Part shown: positions 40,350-50,833 of the stretch, in pieces
Position numbering within the stretch: position 1 is the stretch's first letter
Layout of the letters: each line of letters begins with the position of its first letter
Source of the DNA: Candidatus Dormiibacterota bacterium
Lineage (GTDB): Bacteria > Chloroflexota > Dormibacteria > Aeolococcales > Aeolococcaceae
Direction: 5' to 3'
NCBI GenBank assembly: GCA_036732145.1
Contig: DAINCY010000001.1
Coordinates: forward strand, 5,197 to 69,196
DNA length: 64,000 nucleotides
Position numbers and translations under genes: made by a program
The notes under the pieces: model-generated
The model's input: only the letters and a program-made list of their open reading frames with translations
The model's database searches: none
Told to the model about the DNA's origin: nothing

Positions 40350-42407
40350 TCAGGGTCCGGGATCGACGTCGATGCTCCAGCCGCGCCCCCGCGGCAGGTG
40401 CGGGAAGGCCCTCTGAATCGCCTCGCCTCGCACCGTGATCTGCCAGCGGTACTCGCCGCGGAGGCGGTGGAGAAAGGCGGGAGTCGGCCCGAGGACGTCG
40501 AGGCCCGACCCGGCGCCGAGTTTACCAGACACCTCTCCAAACACTCGCCGCGCTTCGATCTCGGCGCGGGCATCCTCACCATGGGTGACCGTGCACACGA
40601 CCATGCGGGTATACGGGGGGAAGCGCAGGGAGCGGCGGACGCGGATCTCCTCGCGTGCGAACGACAGGTAGTCGTGCGTGGTGGCGTGCCGCACCGCGTA
40701 ATGCTGCGGGCTGTAGGTCTGCAGGATGACGCGGGCGGGCTCGTCGCCGCGCCCCGCCCGTCCCGCCACCTGGGTGAGCAGGGAGAATGTCAATTCCCCG
40801 CTGCGGTAGTCGGGAAAGTGCAGCGACACGTCGGCGTTGACGATCCCCACCAGGCGCACGTTTCCGAGATCCCATCCCTTGGCCACCATCTGGGTCCCGA
40901 TCAGGCAATCTGCCTCATGGTTGGCGAAGCTGTCGTAGATGGTGAAGTAGGCGTCCCGAGTGGCCGTGGTGTCACGGTCCATACGCAGCAGCCGAAGCTC
41001 AGGAAAGCGCTCGTGCACCTCTGCCTCGAGCCGCTCGGTGCCCATGCCAAGTCCGCGGATGGCGGTCGATCCACAGCTCGGACAGATGTCCGGCATCGGC
41101 CGGGAGGCACCGCAGTAATGACAGTCGCAACGACGCCGCTGAGCGTGGTACACGAGCGACACACTGCAGCTGTCGCAGCTCACCGCCTCGCCGCAGCTGC
41201 GGCATACCACAACTGTCGCGGTGCCTCGCCGGTTGAGAAAGAGGATCGACTGCCCTCCACCGTCGTGGCACTCACGGAGCGCCCGGTCCAGTTCCAGGGA
41301 CAGCGGGCTGCGGTTGCCGGAGCGAAGTTCCTCGCGCAGGTCGACGACCTCGATGGGCGGGAGCTCGCGGCCGCTGATGCGCTCGTCCAGGGTGACCAGC
41401 TCGAACCCACCGGTGTGCGCGGCGTAGTACGTCTCGACGCGCGGAGTCGCGCTGCCGAGGACCACGGGGACGCTCTCGATGCGGCCGCGCTCCAGAGCGA
41501 CGTCCACCGCGTGGTACCGGGGGATGCGATCCTGCTTGTAGGCACTGGCATCCTCCTCGTCCACAACGATGACGCCGAGGCGCGGGAGCGGCGCGAAGAC
41601 GGCGCTGCGTGAGCCGACGACGACGTCGAGCATGCCGTCTCTGATGCTGCGCCACTCGTGGGCGCGCTCGGACTCCGTCAGGCCAGAGTGGAGAACGGCC
41701 ACCCGACCGGGGAAGCGCGCTGCGAAACGGCGAATGGTCTGCGGGGTGAGCGCGATCTCCGGAACCATGACGATGGCCTGGCGATTCGCTCGCAAAGCCG
41801 CGGCGATGGCGACGAGGTACACCTCGGTCTTGCCAGAGCCGGTGACTCCGTGGAGAAGCACGCGGCGGTGTGTGCGGGCGGCGATGGCATCGATGAGTGG
41901 GGCGGCCGCGTCGCGCTGCGCGCTGGTGAGTTGCGGCGGGGACTCGGCGGTCGTCCCCTCGCCTGCTTTCGCGGCTTCAACGGCGGCGGAGGTGGTCCGC
42001 GGGCCGCGCCTGCGGCCATCGGGGCGGGCCGCGCGGATGCCCTTGGGGAGCATCGCCTTGATCACCTCGCCAAGCGGAGCGCAATAGTGCGCGGCGATCC
42101 ATCGCGCGAGTTCGAGCGCTGCGGCGCCCAGGATGGGTGCCTCAGCGAGGACCGACGTGATCGGACGTGCGTTACCGCTGATCAGCGCCCTGTCGGCGTC
42201 GACGACATACCCGAGCACTTCGCGGCGCCCGAATGGGACCTCGACACGGGCGCCGCGGACCACGAGCTCGGCAAGATGCTCGGGGACCGCGTACGTGTAC
42301 TGATCCTGGGGAAGGATCGCGCCGGTGTCAGGGACAACGGCAACGTAGCTGACGGCGGCGGCGCCACGGGGCCGGTCGGTGGCCTCCTCTGTCCCATGCG
42401 CCGTCAC
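40350..42407 (-). CDS. priA: Primosomal protein N' (replication restart helicase PriA)
   Basis: N-terminal 3'-binding domain (VEVPFGRREVLGYVV). Walker A GVTGSGKTEVYL. Cys-rich zinc insert (CRSCGEAVSCDSCSVSLVYH ... CHYCG ... CPSCGS). Start uncertain: GTG at 42407 or TTG at 42467. Confidence 0.9.
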   Translation of the reverse strand: MTAHGTEEATDRPRGAAAVSYVAVVPDTGAILPQDQYTYAVPEHLAELVVRGARVEVPFGRREVLGYVVDADRALISGNARPITSVLAEAPILGAAALELARWIAAHYCAPLGEVIKAMLPKGIRAARPDGRRRGPRTTSAAVEAAKAGEGTTAESPPQLTSAQRDAAAPLIDAIAARTHRRVLLHGVTGSGKTEVYLVAIAAALRANRQAIVMVPEIALTPQTIRRFAARFPGRVAVLHSGLTESERAHEWRSIRDGMLDVVVGSRSAVFAPLPRLGVIVVDEEDASAYKQDRIPRYHAVDVALERGRIESVPVVLGSATPRVETYYAAHTGGFELVTLDERISGRELPPIEVVDLREELRSGNRSPLSLELDRALRECHDGGGQSILFLNRRGTATVVVCRSCGEAVSCDSCSVSLVYHAQRRRCDCHYCGASRPMPDICPSCGSTAIRGLGMGTERLEAEVHERFPELRLLRMDRDTTATRDAYFTIYDSFANHEADCLIGTQMVAKGWDLGNVRLVGIVNADVSLHFPDYRSGELTFSLLTQVAGRAGRGDEPARVILQTYSPQHYAVRHATTHDYLSFAREEIRVRRSLRFPPYTRMVVCTVTHGEDARAEIEARRVFGEVSGKLGAGSGLDVLGPTPAFLHRLRGEYRWQITVRGEAIQRAFPHLPRGRGWSIDVDPGP

Positions 42408-42498
42408 CGAGCGAGTCTGGCAGTCCGGAGGGCTGGTGGTGCGGCCGGCCCGGCCGACGTTGTTCAATGACCAGCGTCGGACGAAGCGGAGGCGGAAG

Positions 42499-43287
42499 AT
42501 GGCTCAACTCGCGGTTGTGACGGGCGCGTCGTCCGGGATCGGAGCGGCCTATGCGGAGAGACTTGCTGCCGACGGCTGGGAGGTGGTGGCGGTTGCCCGC
42601 CGTCGCGACCGTCTGGAAGAGCTCGCGGCACGGCTGTCATCGGCGCACGGGGCCACCGTGAGGGTGGTCGAGGCTGACCTCAGTCGTCGAGAGGACCTGG
42701 TGCACCTGTGCGATGAGCTCGCCCGCCTGCCCGTCCACATGCTGGTCAACAACGCCGGGCTCGCTCACTACATGCCGTTCGGTGATCTGCCGACCGGCAC
42801 CATTGACGAGCTGGTCGACCTCGACCTGCTGGCGCCGCTGCAGCTGACCCGGGCGGTCTTGCCCGGCATGCAGACGCGCGGGGGCGGCGCGATCATCAAC
42901 ATCGCCTCCCTGCTCGCGTTCAGCGGGGCCTGGGAGGCTCCCTTCCTGCCGGCACGCGCGGTCTACTCCGCCGCCAAGGCCTCACTGGTCACGTTCAGCC
43001 AGATCCTCAGCGCGGAGCTTCGCGACCAGGGGGTTCGCGTTCAGGTGTGCTGTCCCGGCATCGTCCGCACCGAATTCCACACCCGTCAGGGGATGGACAT
43101 GAGTGGCGCTCCGCGCATGGAACCCGACGCGGTGGTGGAGGCCAGCCTCCACGACCTGGACCACGGCGTGGTGGTTTCCATCCCGGGAATCGCCGATCCG
43201 GCGAGGTTCGCGGCGGTGGTCGCCGCCATGGGGGCGCTGATGGGCGGAACACGGGCGGCGGAGCTCCCAGCGCGCTATCGCGACTGA
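42499..43287 (+). CDS. Short-chain dehydrogenase/reductase (SDR) family oxidoreductase
   Basis: TGASSGIG cofactor motif, NNAG, and catalytic YSAAK. 262 aa from the internal ATG. Confidence 0.8.
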   Translation: MAQLAVVTGASSGIGAAYAERLAADGWEVVAVARRRDRLEELAARLSSAHGATVRVVEADLSRREDLVHLCDELARLPVHMLVNNAGLAHYMPFGDLPTGTIDELVDLDLLAPLQLTRAVLPGMQTRGGGAIINIASLLAFSGAWEAPFLPARAVYSAAKASLVTFSQILSAELRDQGVRVQVCCPGIVRTEFHTRQGMDMSGAPRMEPDAVVEASLHDLDHGVVVSIPGIADPARFAAVVAAMGALMGGTRAAELPARYRD

Positions 43288-44033
43288 GGCGGCCTTGAGG
43301 GTTCCAACCCGGTCGGTCCGGTACCGACGTCCCTCATGCGTGCCTCGACGACCTCGAGCAGAGCTGTCGCGACACGCGACTTGGGGCGCTTGCTGATGTG
43401 TGCAACCACGCCGGCGGAGTCGTACACAGTGACCTCGTTGTCGACGCTGCCCATGCCGATGTCCGGACGTGAGATGTCGTTGAGGACGATGAGGTCGAGC
43501 TGCTTCTCCACAAGCTTGCGCGCGGTGTTGGCGTCGAGGTCGTCGGTTTCCGCGGCGAATCCGACCACGAACACCGCCTCGCGAATCGGGTCACCAACGA
43601 GGCTCCGGAGGATGTCGACGGTGGGGATCAGCTGGAGTGTCAGGGAGGCACTCTTCTTGATCTTTTCCGAGCCGACCTCTGCAACACGATAGTCTGCGAC
43701 AGCGGCAGCCATCACCAGCAAGGCTGCGCCGGGCAGCGCAGCGCGAACGGCGGCGTTCATCTCACCGGCGGTCTCGACGTGGACGACGTTGATCCGCGCG
43801 TCGTCGGGCGGGTCCACGGTGGTGACCAGTGTCACCGTTGATCCTCGCTGCGCGGCGGCGATGGCGATGGCATTGCCCATCCTGCCGCTGCTGCGGTTGC
43901 CGAGGTACCGGACCGGGTCGACCGGTTCCCGTGTGCCGCCGGCGGTGACGATGACGCGGCGACCGGAGAGCGGTGAGACAGGTGGGGGCACAGCGGGGGT
44001 ACTGTGCCAGACCGCCTCGGTGTCCGACCCCAT
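43275..44033 (-). CDS. coaB: Phosphopantothenate-cysteine ligase (CoaB), encoded separately from CoaC
   Basis: CoaB motifs RVIVTAGGTREPVDPVRYLGNRSSGRMG and the Lys-containing ATP region. Starts 16 nt downstream of the coaC stop, in a different frame. Confidence 0.75.
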   Translation of the reverse strand: MGSDTEAVWHSTPAVPPPVSPLSGRRVIVTAGGTREPVDPVRYLGNRSSGRMGNAIAIAAAQRGSTVTLVTTVDPPDDARINVVHVETAGEMNAAVRAALPGAALLVMAAAVADYRVAEVGSEKIKKSASLTLQLIPTVDILRSLVGDPIREAVFVVGFAAETDDLDANTARKLVEKQLDLIVLNDISRPDIGMGSVDNEVTVYDSAGVVAHISKRPKSRVATALLEVVEARMRDVGTGPTGLEPSRPPQSR

Positions 44034-44049
44034 CAGGGCCGCCCCGGCC

Positions 44050-44613
44050 TCAGACGCCGCGCAACTGTGCGAGGGTTTCCTCGGCGATCGCGCTGATATC
44101 TGCCATGCGCCCATCGCCTGTCGCGCCGCTGGCCAGGCGGCCGGTCACCGGCCCGATGAACTGCACGCCTCGGGCCTGCAGCACCTCAACGTTGGCGCGG
44201 GTGGCCGGGTGTTCCCACATCGCGGTCTCCATCGCCGGCGCGAGCAGCAGCGGAGCACGACTGGCGAGCAGGATGGTGCTGACGGCGTCGTCGGCGAAGC
44301 CGTGCGCGAGTCGTGCGATCAGGTTGGCGGAGGCCGCCACGGCGACGTGCACCTGCGCCCAGGCACCGAGCTCGATGTGACCCATGCCGTGGCCGGTGGA
44401 TCCCTCGTGCCACACATCGGTGAGGACATGATGACCGCTGAGGCTCTGCAAGGTCGTCGGCGTGATGAACCGCTGCGCGCCGGCGGTCATCGCAACCCGC
44501 ACCTCGCACCCCTGTTTGCGGAGGGTGGTGATGACCTCGCAGGCCTTGTAGGCCGCCACGCTGCCAGACACGTGGACGGCAACGCGACGGTCCGGACCAG
44601 GCGAGCCGTTCAC
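44050..44613 (-). CDS. coaC: Phosphopantothenoylcysteine decarboxylase flavoprotein (CoaC), stand-alone
   Basis: Flavoprotein signature VHVSGSVAAYKACEVITTLRKQG and the PAMETAMWEHP substrate-clamp region. Ends with a stop before the CoaB domain. Confidence 0.75.
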   Translation of the reverse strand: MNGSPGPDRRVAVHVSGSVAAYKACEVITTLRKQGCEVRVAMTAGAQRFITPTTLQSLSGHHVLTDVWHEGSTGHGMGHIELGAWAQVHVAVAASANLIARLAHGFADDAVSTILLASRAPLLLAPAMETAMWEHPATRANVEVLQARGVQFIGPVTGRLASGATGDGRMADISAIAEETLAQLRGV

Positions 44614-45209
44614 CGTGTGCTCTGGGCGCGGCTGCGCCCCACGATGTCGAGGACCTCGCGGGCGGCACGGCCGACGTCGTCGTTCACCACCCGATGATCG
44701 TACGCTGCGCCGTCGGCGAGCTCGGTGACAGCGTTGCTGAAGCGCAGCTCGAGAGAAGCCTCGTCCTCAGTGTCGCGGCTGACCAGTCGGCGACGCAGCT
44801 CCCCCTCCGAAGGAGGCAGCAGAAAGATGAAGATGGCGCCGGCCACGCGCGGTCGAATCCAGGCCGCACCCTGAACGTCGATCTTCAGCACGATGTCCTC
44901 GCCGCGGTCCAGCGCCGCTTTGACGCGTGCCTCGGACGTGCCGTAGAGGTGGCCGTGCACCTCGGCCCACTCCAGGAACTCCCCGCGTTCAGCCATGGCC
45001 CGGAATGTCTCTGTGTCGACGAACGAGTACGCCACACCATCCACCTCGCCCGACCGCGGCTCGCGTGTGGTGTACGAGACGCTGTAGCGCAACGAGGGAT
45101 CGAGGTTTCGCAGTTCGTGCAACACGGTGTCCTTGCCGACCCCGCTCGGTCCGGAGAGCACGATCAGCCGCCCCGGCTGGGTTGTGACGCGCGGGCCGTG
45201 CGCCATCAC
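44610..45209 (-). CDS. gmk: Guanylate kinase
   Basis: P-loop GPSGVGKDT. Conserved guanylate kinase region YSVSYTTREPRSGEVDGVAYSFV. Confidence 0.9.
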   Translation of the reverse strand: MMAHGPRVTTQPGRLIVLSGPSGVGKDTVLHELRNLDPSLRYSVSYTTREPRSGEVDGVAYSFVDTETFRAMAERGEFLEWAEVHGHLYGTSEARVKAALDRGEDIVLKIDVQGAAWIRPRVAGAIFIFLLPPSEGELRRRLVSRDTEDEASLELRFSNAVTELADGAAYDHRVVNDDVGRAAREVLDIVGRSRAQSTR

Positions 45210-46111
45210 GACATCTCCGCGGCCGCGGCCAGGGCGGCGACGAGGTCGTCCGGCAGCGCGGATTCGAAGTCACAGCGGCGGCCGTCGTCGGGATGCAGGA
45301 GCGTGAGGCGCTGGGCGTGGAGCGCCGGGCGCGCACACACCGCGTCGCCGCGTCGTCCGTACACCGCGTCGCCGGCGACGGGATGGCGGATCGATGCCAG
45401 GTGGACCCGGATCTGATGGGTGCGGCCGGTGAGCAGACGCACCTCGAGGCGCGTGAAACGGCGCATCCCTTCCATCACGGTGAAATCTGTGATCGCCGCA
45501 CGTCCCGCATCCACGACCGCCATACGCTGGCGGTGGCCGGGATCGCGCCCGATCGGCGCTTCGATGCGACCACTGGCCTCGCGAAAGCTGCCGTGCACCA
45601 AGGTCCAGTAGACGCGTCCCAGCGTGCGCCGTTGCAACTGCAGCGACAGCGAACGATGGGCAGCCTCCGTCTTGGCCACCACCAGCAGCCCGCTGGTGTC
45701 GCGGTCGAGGCGGTGCACGATGCCAGGGCGTTCGTCGCCTCCGAGCTGCGACCAGGTGGTGCCGCGCTGACGCAATCCGTCGGCGAGGGTGCCCACGGGG
45801 TGGCCGGGTGCCGGGTGAACCACCATGCCGGCCGGTTTGTCGATCACCGCCAGCGATTCGTCCTCGTAGACCACCACGAGCGGAACGGCCGGTCCCGCGA
45901 TCTCGGCCGGCGCCGTCGCGGACGGGGGGATGATGACGACCACGTCGTCATCGACGCGCACCCGCTGCCCGGATTTCGCCGGCCGGTCGTTGACGCGAAC
46001 GTGGCCACCCGCGATCAATGACTGCGCGGCGCTGCGGCTCACCTGTTCCTGGCGCATGACGCGCAGGTCAAGCCGGAGCGGTGCCGGGTCGCTCTCAGCC
46101 ACGCTGGTCAC
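45206..46111 (-). CDS. rluD: RluA-family pseudouridine synthase with S4 domain (RluD-like)
   Basis: Catalytic motif HRLDRDTSGLLVVAK. S4 domain upstream. GTG start at 46111 overlaps the lspA stop as GTGA (tcac at 46108-46111). Confidence 0.8.
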   Translation of the reverse strand: MTSVAESDPAPLRLDLRVMRQEQVSRSAAQSLIAGGHVRVNDRPAKSGQRVRVDDDVVVIIPPSATAPAEIAGPAVPLVVVYEDESLAVIDKPAGMVVHPAPGHPVGTLADGLRQRGTTWSQLGGDERPGIVHRLDRDTSGLLVVAKTEAAHRSLSLQLQRRTLGRVYWTLVHGSFREASGRIEAPIGRDPGHRQRMAVVDAGRAAITDFTVMEGMRRFTRLEVRLLTGRTHQIRVHLASIRHPVAGDAVYGRRGDAVCARPALHAQRLTLLHPDDGRRCDFESALPDDLVAALAAAAEMS

Positions 46112-46680
46112 GTGGAGTGGTCGCCGACGTCGCGGGCCGCCGCGGGCACCACCCGCAGGGTGAGAACCCCAACCAGGATCCCCACGACGATGCACATGTC
46201 GGCGACGTTGAAGACCGGCCAGCGCTGCAGGTCGATGAAGTCCACCACGTACCCCTGCACGACGCGGTCGACGGCGTTGGCGAGCGCACCGCCGAGCACC
46301 ATCCCGAGCAGCACCTGCGGAAACAGACCGGGACCGAATCGCCGGCCGGCGATCAGGATGTAGGTGGCGACCGCGAGCGCAACGGCGAGGAAGATGAACT
46401 GCATCTGCGGAAAGAGGCCGAACGCCGCACCGCGATTCTCGATGTGATGCAGAGTCACTGGTCCGCTGCTGGGGACCTGATCACCGAGGGCGATGTTCTG
46501 GGTCACCAACCATTTGGTGAGGTGGTCGAGGACGAAGACCACCGCGGCGGTGCTGAGCAGCACGGCGAGTTGCCGGCGACGGCCCGGCAGGGCTGCCTCA
46601 GCCAAGCTGACCGCCGGCTCAGATTCGGGGCGTGAGGTATCCATCATGGAGGCGTTCAGGATAGCCGCGGGCGGCGTCAT
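46108..46680 (-). CDS. lspA: Lipoprotein signal peptidase (signal peptidase II)
   Basis: Conserved motifs NRGAAFG and FNVADMCIVVG. Four TM helices. Confidence 0.9.
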   Translation of the reverse strand: MTPPAAILNASMMDTSRPESEPAVSLAEAALPGRRRQLAVLLSTAAVVFVLDHLTKWLVTQNIALGDQVPSSGPVTLHHIENRGAAFGLFPQMQFIFLAVALAVATYILIAGRRFGPGLFPQVLLGMVLGGALANAVDRVVQGYVVDFIDLQRWPVFNVADMCIVVGILVGVLTLRVVPAAARDVGDHST

Positions 46681-47391
46681 CCCCCGCGGGCGGGCCGCTC
46701 GCCGAAGAGCGCTCGACCGAGGCGAATGACAGTGGCTCCCTCTGTGATGGCGATCTCGAAATCGTCGCTCATGCCCATGCTCAGCTCATCCAGCGCGATC
46801 CCATGGCTCTGACGGAGAGCGTCGCGGAGGCCGCGCAACCGCGAAAAGCAGTGCGCCACCGACGCGGGGGGGCCCGGCGGCGCGATGGTCATGAGCCCCA
46901 CAGGCTCGAGCTCGACGAGCCCGCGCACCACCTCGAGCAGGGCGGCCGCATCGGCGGCGTTCACCCCGGTGCGCCCGGGCAGCCCGGTCAGCTCCACCTC
47001 GACGAAGACGCGCAACCGCGGCGCGTCGCTGGTCCGGTGGCGGGCGAGGGCGGTGGCCACGGCAGCGTTGTCGATCGAGTGCACTGTGTCGAAGAGCGAC
47101 GCCGCCATCCTCGCCTTGTTGCGCTGCAGGTGGCCGATCATGTGCCAGCTCACCCCGCGGGCGGCGATCGCCGCCCGCTTGGCCTCCGCCTCCTGCACGC
47201 GGCTCTCGCCGATGTCGCGCAGTCCCAGGGATAGCGCGGCCTCGATGGAGCCGGCCGGATGGCCCTTGGTGACTGCGAGCAGCCGGATGGCGCCGGGGTC
47301 GCGTCCGGCGGTTCGGGCTGCTCGCCCCACCTGCTCGCGGATCGACGCCAGCCGATCTGCCAGGAGATCCGCGGCTGCCTGGCTGCTCACC
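46677..47391 (-). CDS. yggS: YggS family pyridoxal-phosphate homeostasis protein (alanine-racemase-fold PLP-binding protein)
   Basis: LLAVTKG with the PLP lysine. HMIGHLQRNK and ELSMGMSDDFEIAI motifs. GTG start inferred at 47391. Confidence 0.8.
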
Positions 47392-47430
47392 GCCGGTCCG
47401 TGCCGGTGCGATCTGCGAGACCACGGCTGC

Positions 47431-47970
47431 TCACTTGCCCATGTCGAGTGGCAGCTCGCGGCCGCCGTCGGCGCCGCGGCGCCGGCGGCGCGGCGCGTCG
47501 GGAGGCTTGGTCCCGGGGGGATTGGCGAGCACCTCCTCGATGGTGGCGCGCATCTGCTCGACATCCCGGAAGGAGCGGTACACGGAGGCGAAACGCACGT
47601 AGGCGATCTCGTCAAGAGTGCGCAGGTGCTGCATCACCATCTCGCCCACCTCCAGACTGCGCACCTCGGTGACGTTGCGCGAGCGCAACGCATTCTCCAC
47701 GTCGTCGACAATGACCGCCAGCTGGGCTGAGGCGATGTCGCGCTTGGTCGAAGCGTTGACCAGGCCGCCGAGCAGCTTGCGGCGGTTGAACTCTTCGCGC
47801 CGGCCGTCCTTCTTCACCACCCACAGCGGGACCGCCTCGACGCGCTCGTAGGTGGTGAAGCGCTTGTGGCAGGCCAGGCATTCGCGGCGGCGGCGAATCG
47901 CCTCACCGGTCTCGGAGTCGCGCGAGTCGACAACCTTGGACTCCGGCTCAGAGCAGTATGGGCACTTCAT
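47431..47970 (-). CDS. nrdR: Transcriptional repressor NrdR
   Basis: Zinc ribbon [18 protein letters not shown] ... [18 protein letters not shown]-cone domain. Confidence 0.9.
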   Translation of the reverse strand: MKCPYCSEPESKVVDSRDSETGEAIRRRRECLACHKRFTTYERVEAVPLWVVKKDGRREEFNRRKLLGGLVNASTKRDIASAQLAVIVDDVENALRSRNVTEVRSLEVGEMVMQHLRTLDEIAYVRFASVYRSFRDVEQMRATIEEVLANPPGTKPPDAPRRRRRGADGGRELPLDMGK

Positions 47971-48027
47971 GGCACAAACAGGCACCCCCCCGCGTCGCGG
48001 GGGGTTCCTGACGTGAGAACGTGGTCG

Positions 48028-49128
48028 CTAACGGCGATCGCGCAGGAACGCCGGGATGTCGAGATCATCCGCGTTGGGCGGCGTGGCCGAACGGCCGCCG
48101 ATGGTGAACGCCGGCGACGCGGCCGCCACCGAACGCGCCGCGGGCTCGTACGCGAGCGTTCCGAGAACGTCGATGTGGCCGGTGAAACCGGTGGCGATCA
48201 CGGTGATCTTCACCTCTCCCTTCATGGCTTCGTCGATGACGGTGCCGAAGATGATCTGGGCATCGGGGTCGGCGGACTCGCTGACCAGCTGGGCCGCCTC
48301 GTTGACCTCGTACAGGGTGAGGTCGGGGCCGCCGGTGACGTTGAGGAGGATGCCCTTGGCACCGGCGATGGTGGTCTCAAGCAGCGGGCTGGCCACGGCG
48401 TCGCGCGCGGCGTCGGCGGCGCGGGTATCCCCGTTGCCGAAACCGATACCCATCAGGGCAGCGCCCTGGCCGGACATGATCGCCTTGACGTCCGCGAAGT
48501 CGAGGTTGATGAGGCCCGGGAAGACGATCAGATCACTGATGCCCTGCACGCCCTGGCGGAGCACGTCGTCTGCGAGCTTGAACGCCTCGGTGATCGGGGT
48601 CCGCTTGTCGACCACCTGCATGAGCCGCTCATTGGGGATTGTGATGAGGGTGTCGACGCGTCCCTGCAGGTTGGCGATGCCGTCGTCTGCGGCGCGCTGC
48701 CTCTTGAGGCCCTCGAACTTGAACGGCTTGGTGACCACGCCGATGGTGAGAGCCCCCTGTTCGCGGGCGATCTCGGCGACCGCCGGGGCTGCCCCGGTGC
48801 CGGTGCCACCGCCCATGCCGGCGGTGACGAACACCATGTCACAGTCCTCGAGCAGCTTGGTGAGCTCCTCTCGCGACTCCTCGGCCGCCTCAGCTCCACG
48901 GACGGGGTCGCCGCCGGCACCAAGGCCTCTGGTCAGCTTGGACCCGATGCGCACCTTCTTGTGGGCGTTGCTCAACTGCAGCGCCTGGTGGTCGGTGTTC
49001 ACGGCGATGAACTCCACGCCCTTGAGGCGGCTCTGGATCATGCGGTTGACGGCGTTGCTGCCTCCGCCGCCGACGCCCACCACCTTGATGCGGGCATTTC
49101 CCTCCAACGTCCTGTCGAGATCGTTCAT
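48028..49128 (-). CDS. ftsZ: Cell division GTPase FtsZ
   Basis: Tubulin signature [28 protein letters not shown]7 loop NLDFADV. C-terminal conserved peptide [10 protein letters not shown]. Start at [10 protein letters not shown]. Confidence 0.95.
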   Translation of the reverse strand: MNDLDRTLEGNARIKVVGVGGGGSNAVNRMIQSRLKGVEFIAVNTDHQALQLSNAHKKVRIGSKLTRGLGAGGDPVRGAEAAEESREELTKLLEDCDMVFVTAGMGGGTGTGAAPAVAEIAREQGALTIGVVTKPFKFEGLKRQRAADDGIANLQGRVDTLITIPNERLMQVVDKRTPITEAFKLADDVLRQGVQGISDLIVFPGLINLDFADVKAIMSGQGAALMGIGFGNGDTRAADAARDAVASPLLETTIAGAKGILLNVTGGPDLTLYEVNEAAQLVSESADPDAQIIFGTVIDEAMKGEVKITVIATGFTGHIDVLGTLAYEPAARSVAAASPAFTIGGRSATPPNADDLDIPAFLRDRR

Positions 49129-49261
49129 GGGCGTCTCCTCACGCTGCCTGCTCTTGGGACGCAGCGAAACCTTCCCCGCACGCGTCGTTTCATCATCGTT
49201 GCCGCCACTGATGGGCTGCGAGGGCGTGGCGCCGTCGTCGTGCCCGTATAACTTCATCCGT

Positions 49262-50500
49262 TCAGAAAAGTTCACGCAACCACCGTCCAAATCGGTCCCC
49301 GACGTGCTGTCCGTTGCCGTTCTGCGCCCTGCCGGTCAGCGCCACATTGCGACCGATCCGCCCCCGCGCACCCCAGCGCAGAAGACCGACGACGGTGGCA
49401 TGGTGCGGACCGCTGATCTCGTCGTTCATGCCGTGCACACCGTTGGGCGCGGCGACACGGGCGGGCAGGTCGGTCACCTGCTGTATCACCTCTGCGAAGC
49501 CGCGAAGAAGGGCGCCCCCGCCCGTCAGCACGATCCCGCCGGGAAAGCTGCTCGGGGGCCCGGCTTTCTCCACCTGCTCGGCGATGAGCTGGGCCATCTC
49601 GCGTGCCCGCGGGCCGATGATCTCGGCGAGAAATCGCTGCGGAACGTTGACAGGCTCGTCGTACCCCATCGGCGTCAGCTGCACCTCCGCGTCGGCGGGC
49701 AACGTCAGTTGCAGGCAGTGCCCGTAGGCGCGCTTGGTCGCCTCGGCAGTCTCGAGGTCGCAGCGCAGCCCCACCGCCAGATCCCCGCTCACGTGGTTTC
49801 CGCCGACTGGGATGACGACTGTGTGGATGATGCTGCCCTTGGCAAACACGGCGACGTCGGTGGTGCCCCCGCCGATATCGGCGACGACCACGCCACGATC
49901 CAGTTCGTCCTCGCCGATGACCGCCTCAGCCGAGGCGAGCACCTGAAGGACCAGGTCCTCCACGTCCAGTCCCGCCTTGTGCACCACCTTGACCACGTTC
50001 TGAATGGCGGTGTTGGTGCCTGTGATGATGTGCGCGTCGACCTCCAGGCGCGTGCCGGCCATGCCCAGCGCATCGCGCACGCCCTCCTGGCCGTCGATGG
50101 TGAACTGCTGTGGGAGGACGTGAAGGATCTTGCGATCCGACGGCACGCTGACGGCTCGCGCGGCCTCCACCGCGCGCGTGACGTCGGCGTCGCGCACCTC
50201 GCGGTGGCCAGCTGACACGGCGACCACGCCGCGCGAGTTCTGCGAGGTGATGCTGGTGCCGGCGAGACCGACCACGGCAGAGTCGACCGGGACTCCGCTC
50301 ATCTGTTCGGCAAGATCAACCGCTTCGGCGACCGCCTCGGCGGCCCTGTCGATCTCGATGATCGCCCCCTTGCGGATGCCGCGGGAGGGGGCCTCGCCCA
50401 CACCGATGACACGCAGCCCGGTGCTGTCCAACTCGGCGATGGCGCAGCAGACCTTCGTCGTTCCTAGATCGAGTGCAAAGACGCGGCGAGAACGGGTCAC
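49262..50500 (-). CDS. ftsA: Cell division protein FtsA (actin-like ATPase)
   Basis: [15 protein letters not shown] phosphate-1 motif and [12 protein letters not shown] phosphate-2. GTG start at 50500 with a GGAGG Shine-Dalgarno 9 nt upstream on the transcribed strand. Confidence 0.9.
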   Translation of the reverse strand: MTRSRRVFALDLGTTKVCCAIAELDSTGLRVIGVGEAPSRGIRKGAIIEIDRAAEAVAEAVDLAEQMSGVPVDSAVVGLAGTSITSQNSRGVVAVSAGHREVRDADVTRAVEAARAVSVPSDRKILHVLPQQFTIDGQEGVRDALGMAGTRLEVDAHIITGTNTAIQNVVKVVHKAGLDVEDLVLQVLASAEAVIGEDELDRGVVVADIGGGTTDVAVFAKGSIIHTVVIPVGGNHVSGDLAVGLRCDLETAEATKRAYGHCLQLTLPADAEVQLTPMGYDEPVNVPQRFLAEIIGPRAREMAQLIAEQVEKAGPPSSFPGGIVLTGGGALLRGFAEVIQQVTDLPARVAAPNGVHGMNDEISGPHHATVVGLLRWGARGRIGRNVALTGRAQNGNGQHVGDRFGRWLRELF

Positions 50501-50833
50501 ACTGGCCTCCGAGTATAGCCGGAGCCCTCCCCCAAAGATAGGGGTTGTCAGGCACAAAACCGCAAGATGCTGAGTTTGCGGTCGGAGTATGCCACAAGAT
50601 GTGGCCTGTCCAGACCTAACCCACCGAGCCCGCCAAGCCGATGAAACATCCCTAACCGACGGGGCCGGAGGGCCCACCGGAACAGCTCACGGCGGTCAGT
50701 GAGTGGCCGTGTTTAACGCAAACAGGGCCTCGCCACTGCACCGTTCGGACGAGACCCTGTCGGCCGCAGCCCCAGTCGGGCCACGCAGCGCCGGTCATCA
50801 TCGCACCGGCAACCAGCTCTGTAAACCCGTGGA

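Noticed and set aside
40398-41612. 404-aa plus-strand ORF antisense to priA (and similar 41658..42470)
   Set aside because: No recognisable motifs, and biased composition. priA on the opposite strand carries helicase and zinc-finger signatures. GC-rich frame artefact.
44030-44055. Treating coaC/coaB as a frameshifted single coaBC pseudogene
   Set aside because: Both halves have intact motifs, the downstream ORF has its own ATG, and there is a G-rich spacer. Without reads I cannot distinguish a genuine split from an indel, so I annotated two CDS and raised it as a finding.
48056-50215. 719-aa plus-strand ORF spanning ftsZ and ftsA antisense
   Set aside because: Ser/Ala/Pro-rich junk translation. 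The minus-strand FtsZ and FtsA calls are unambiguous.
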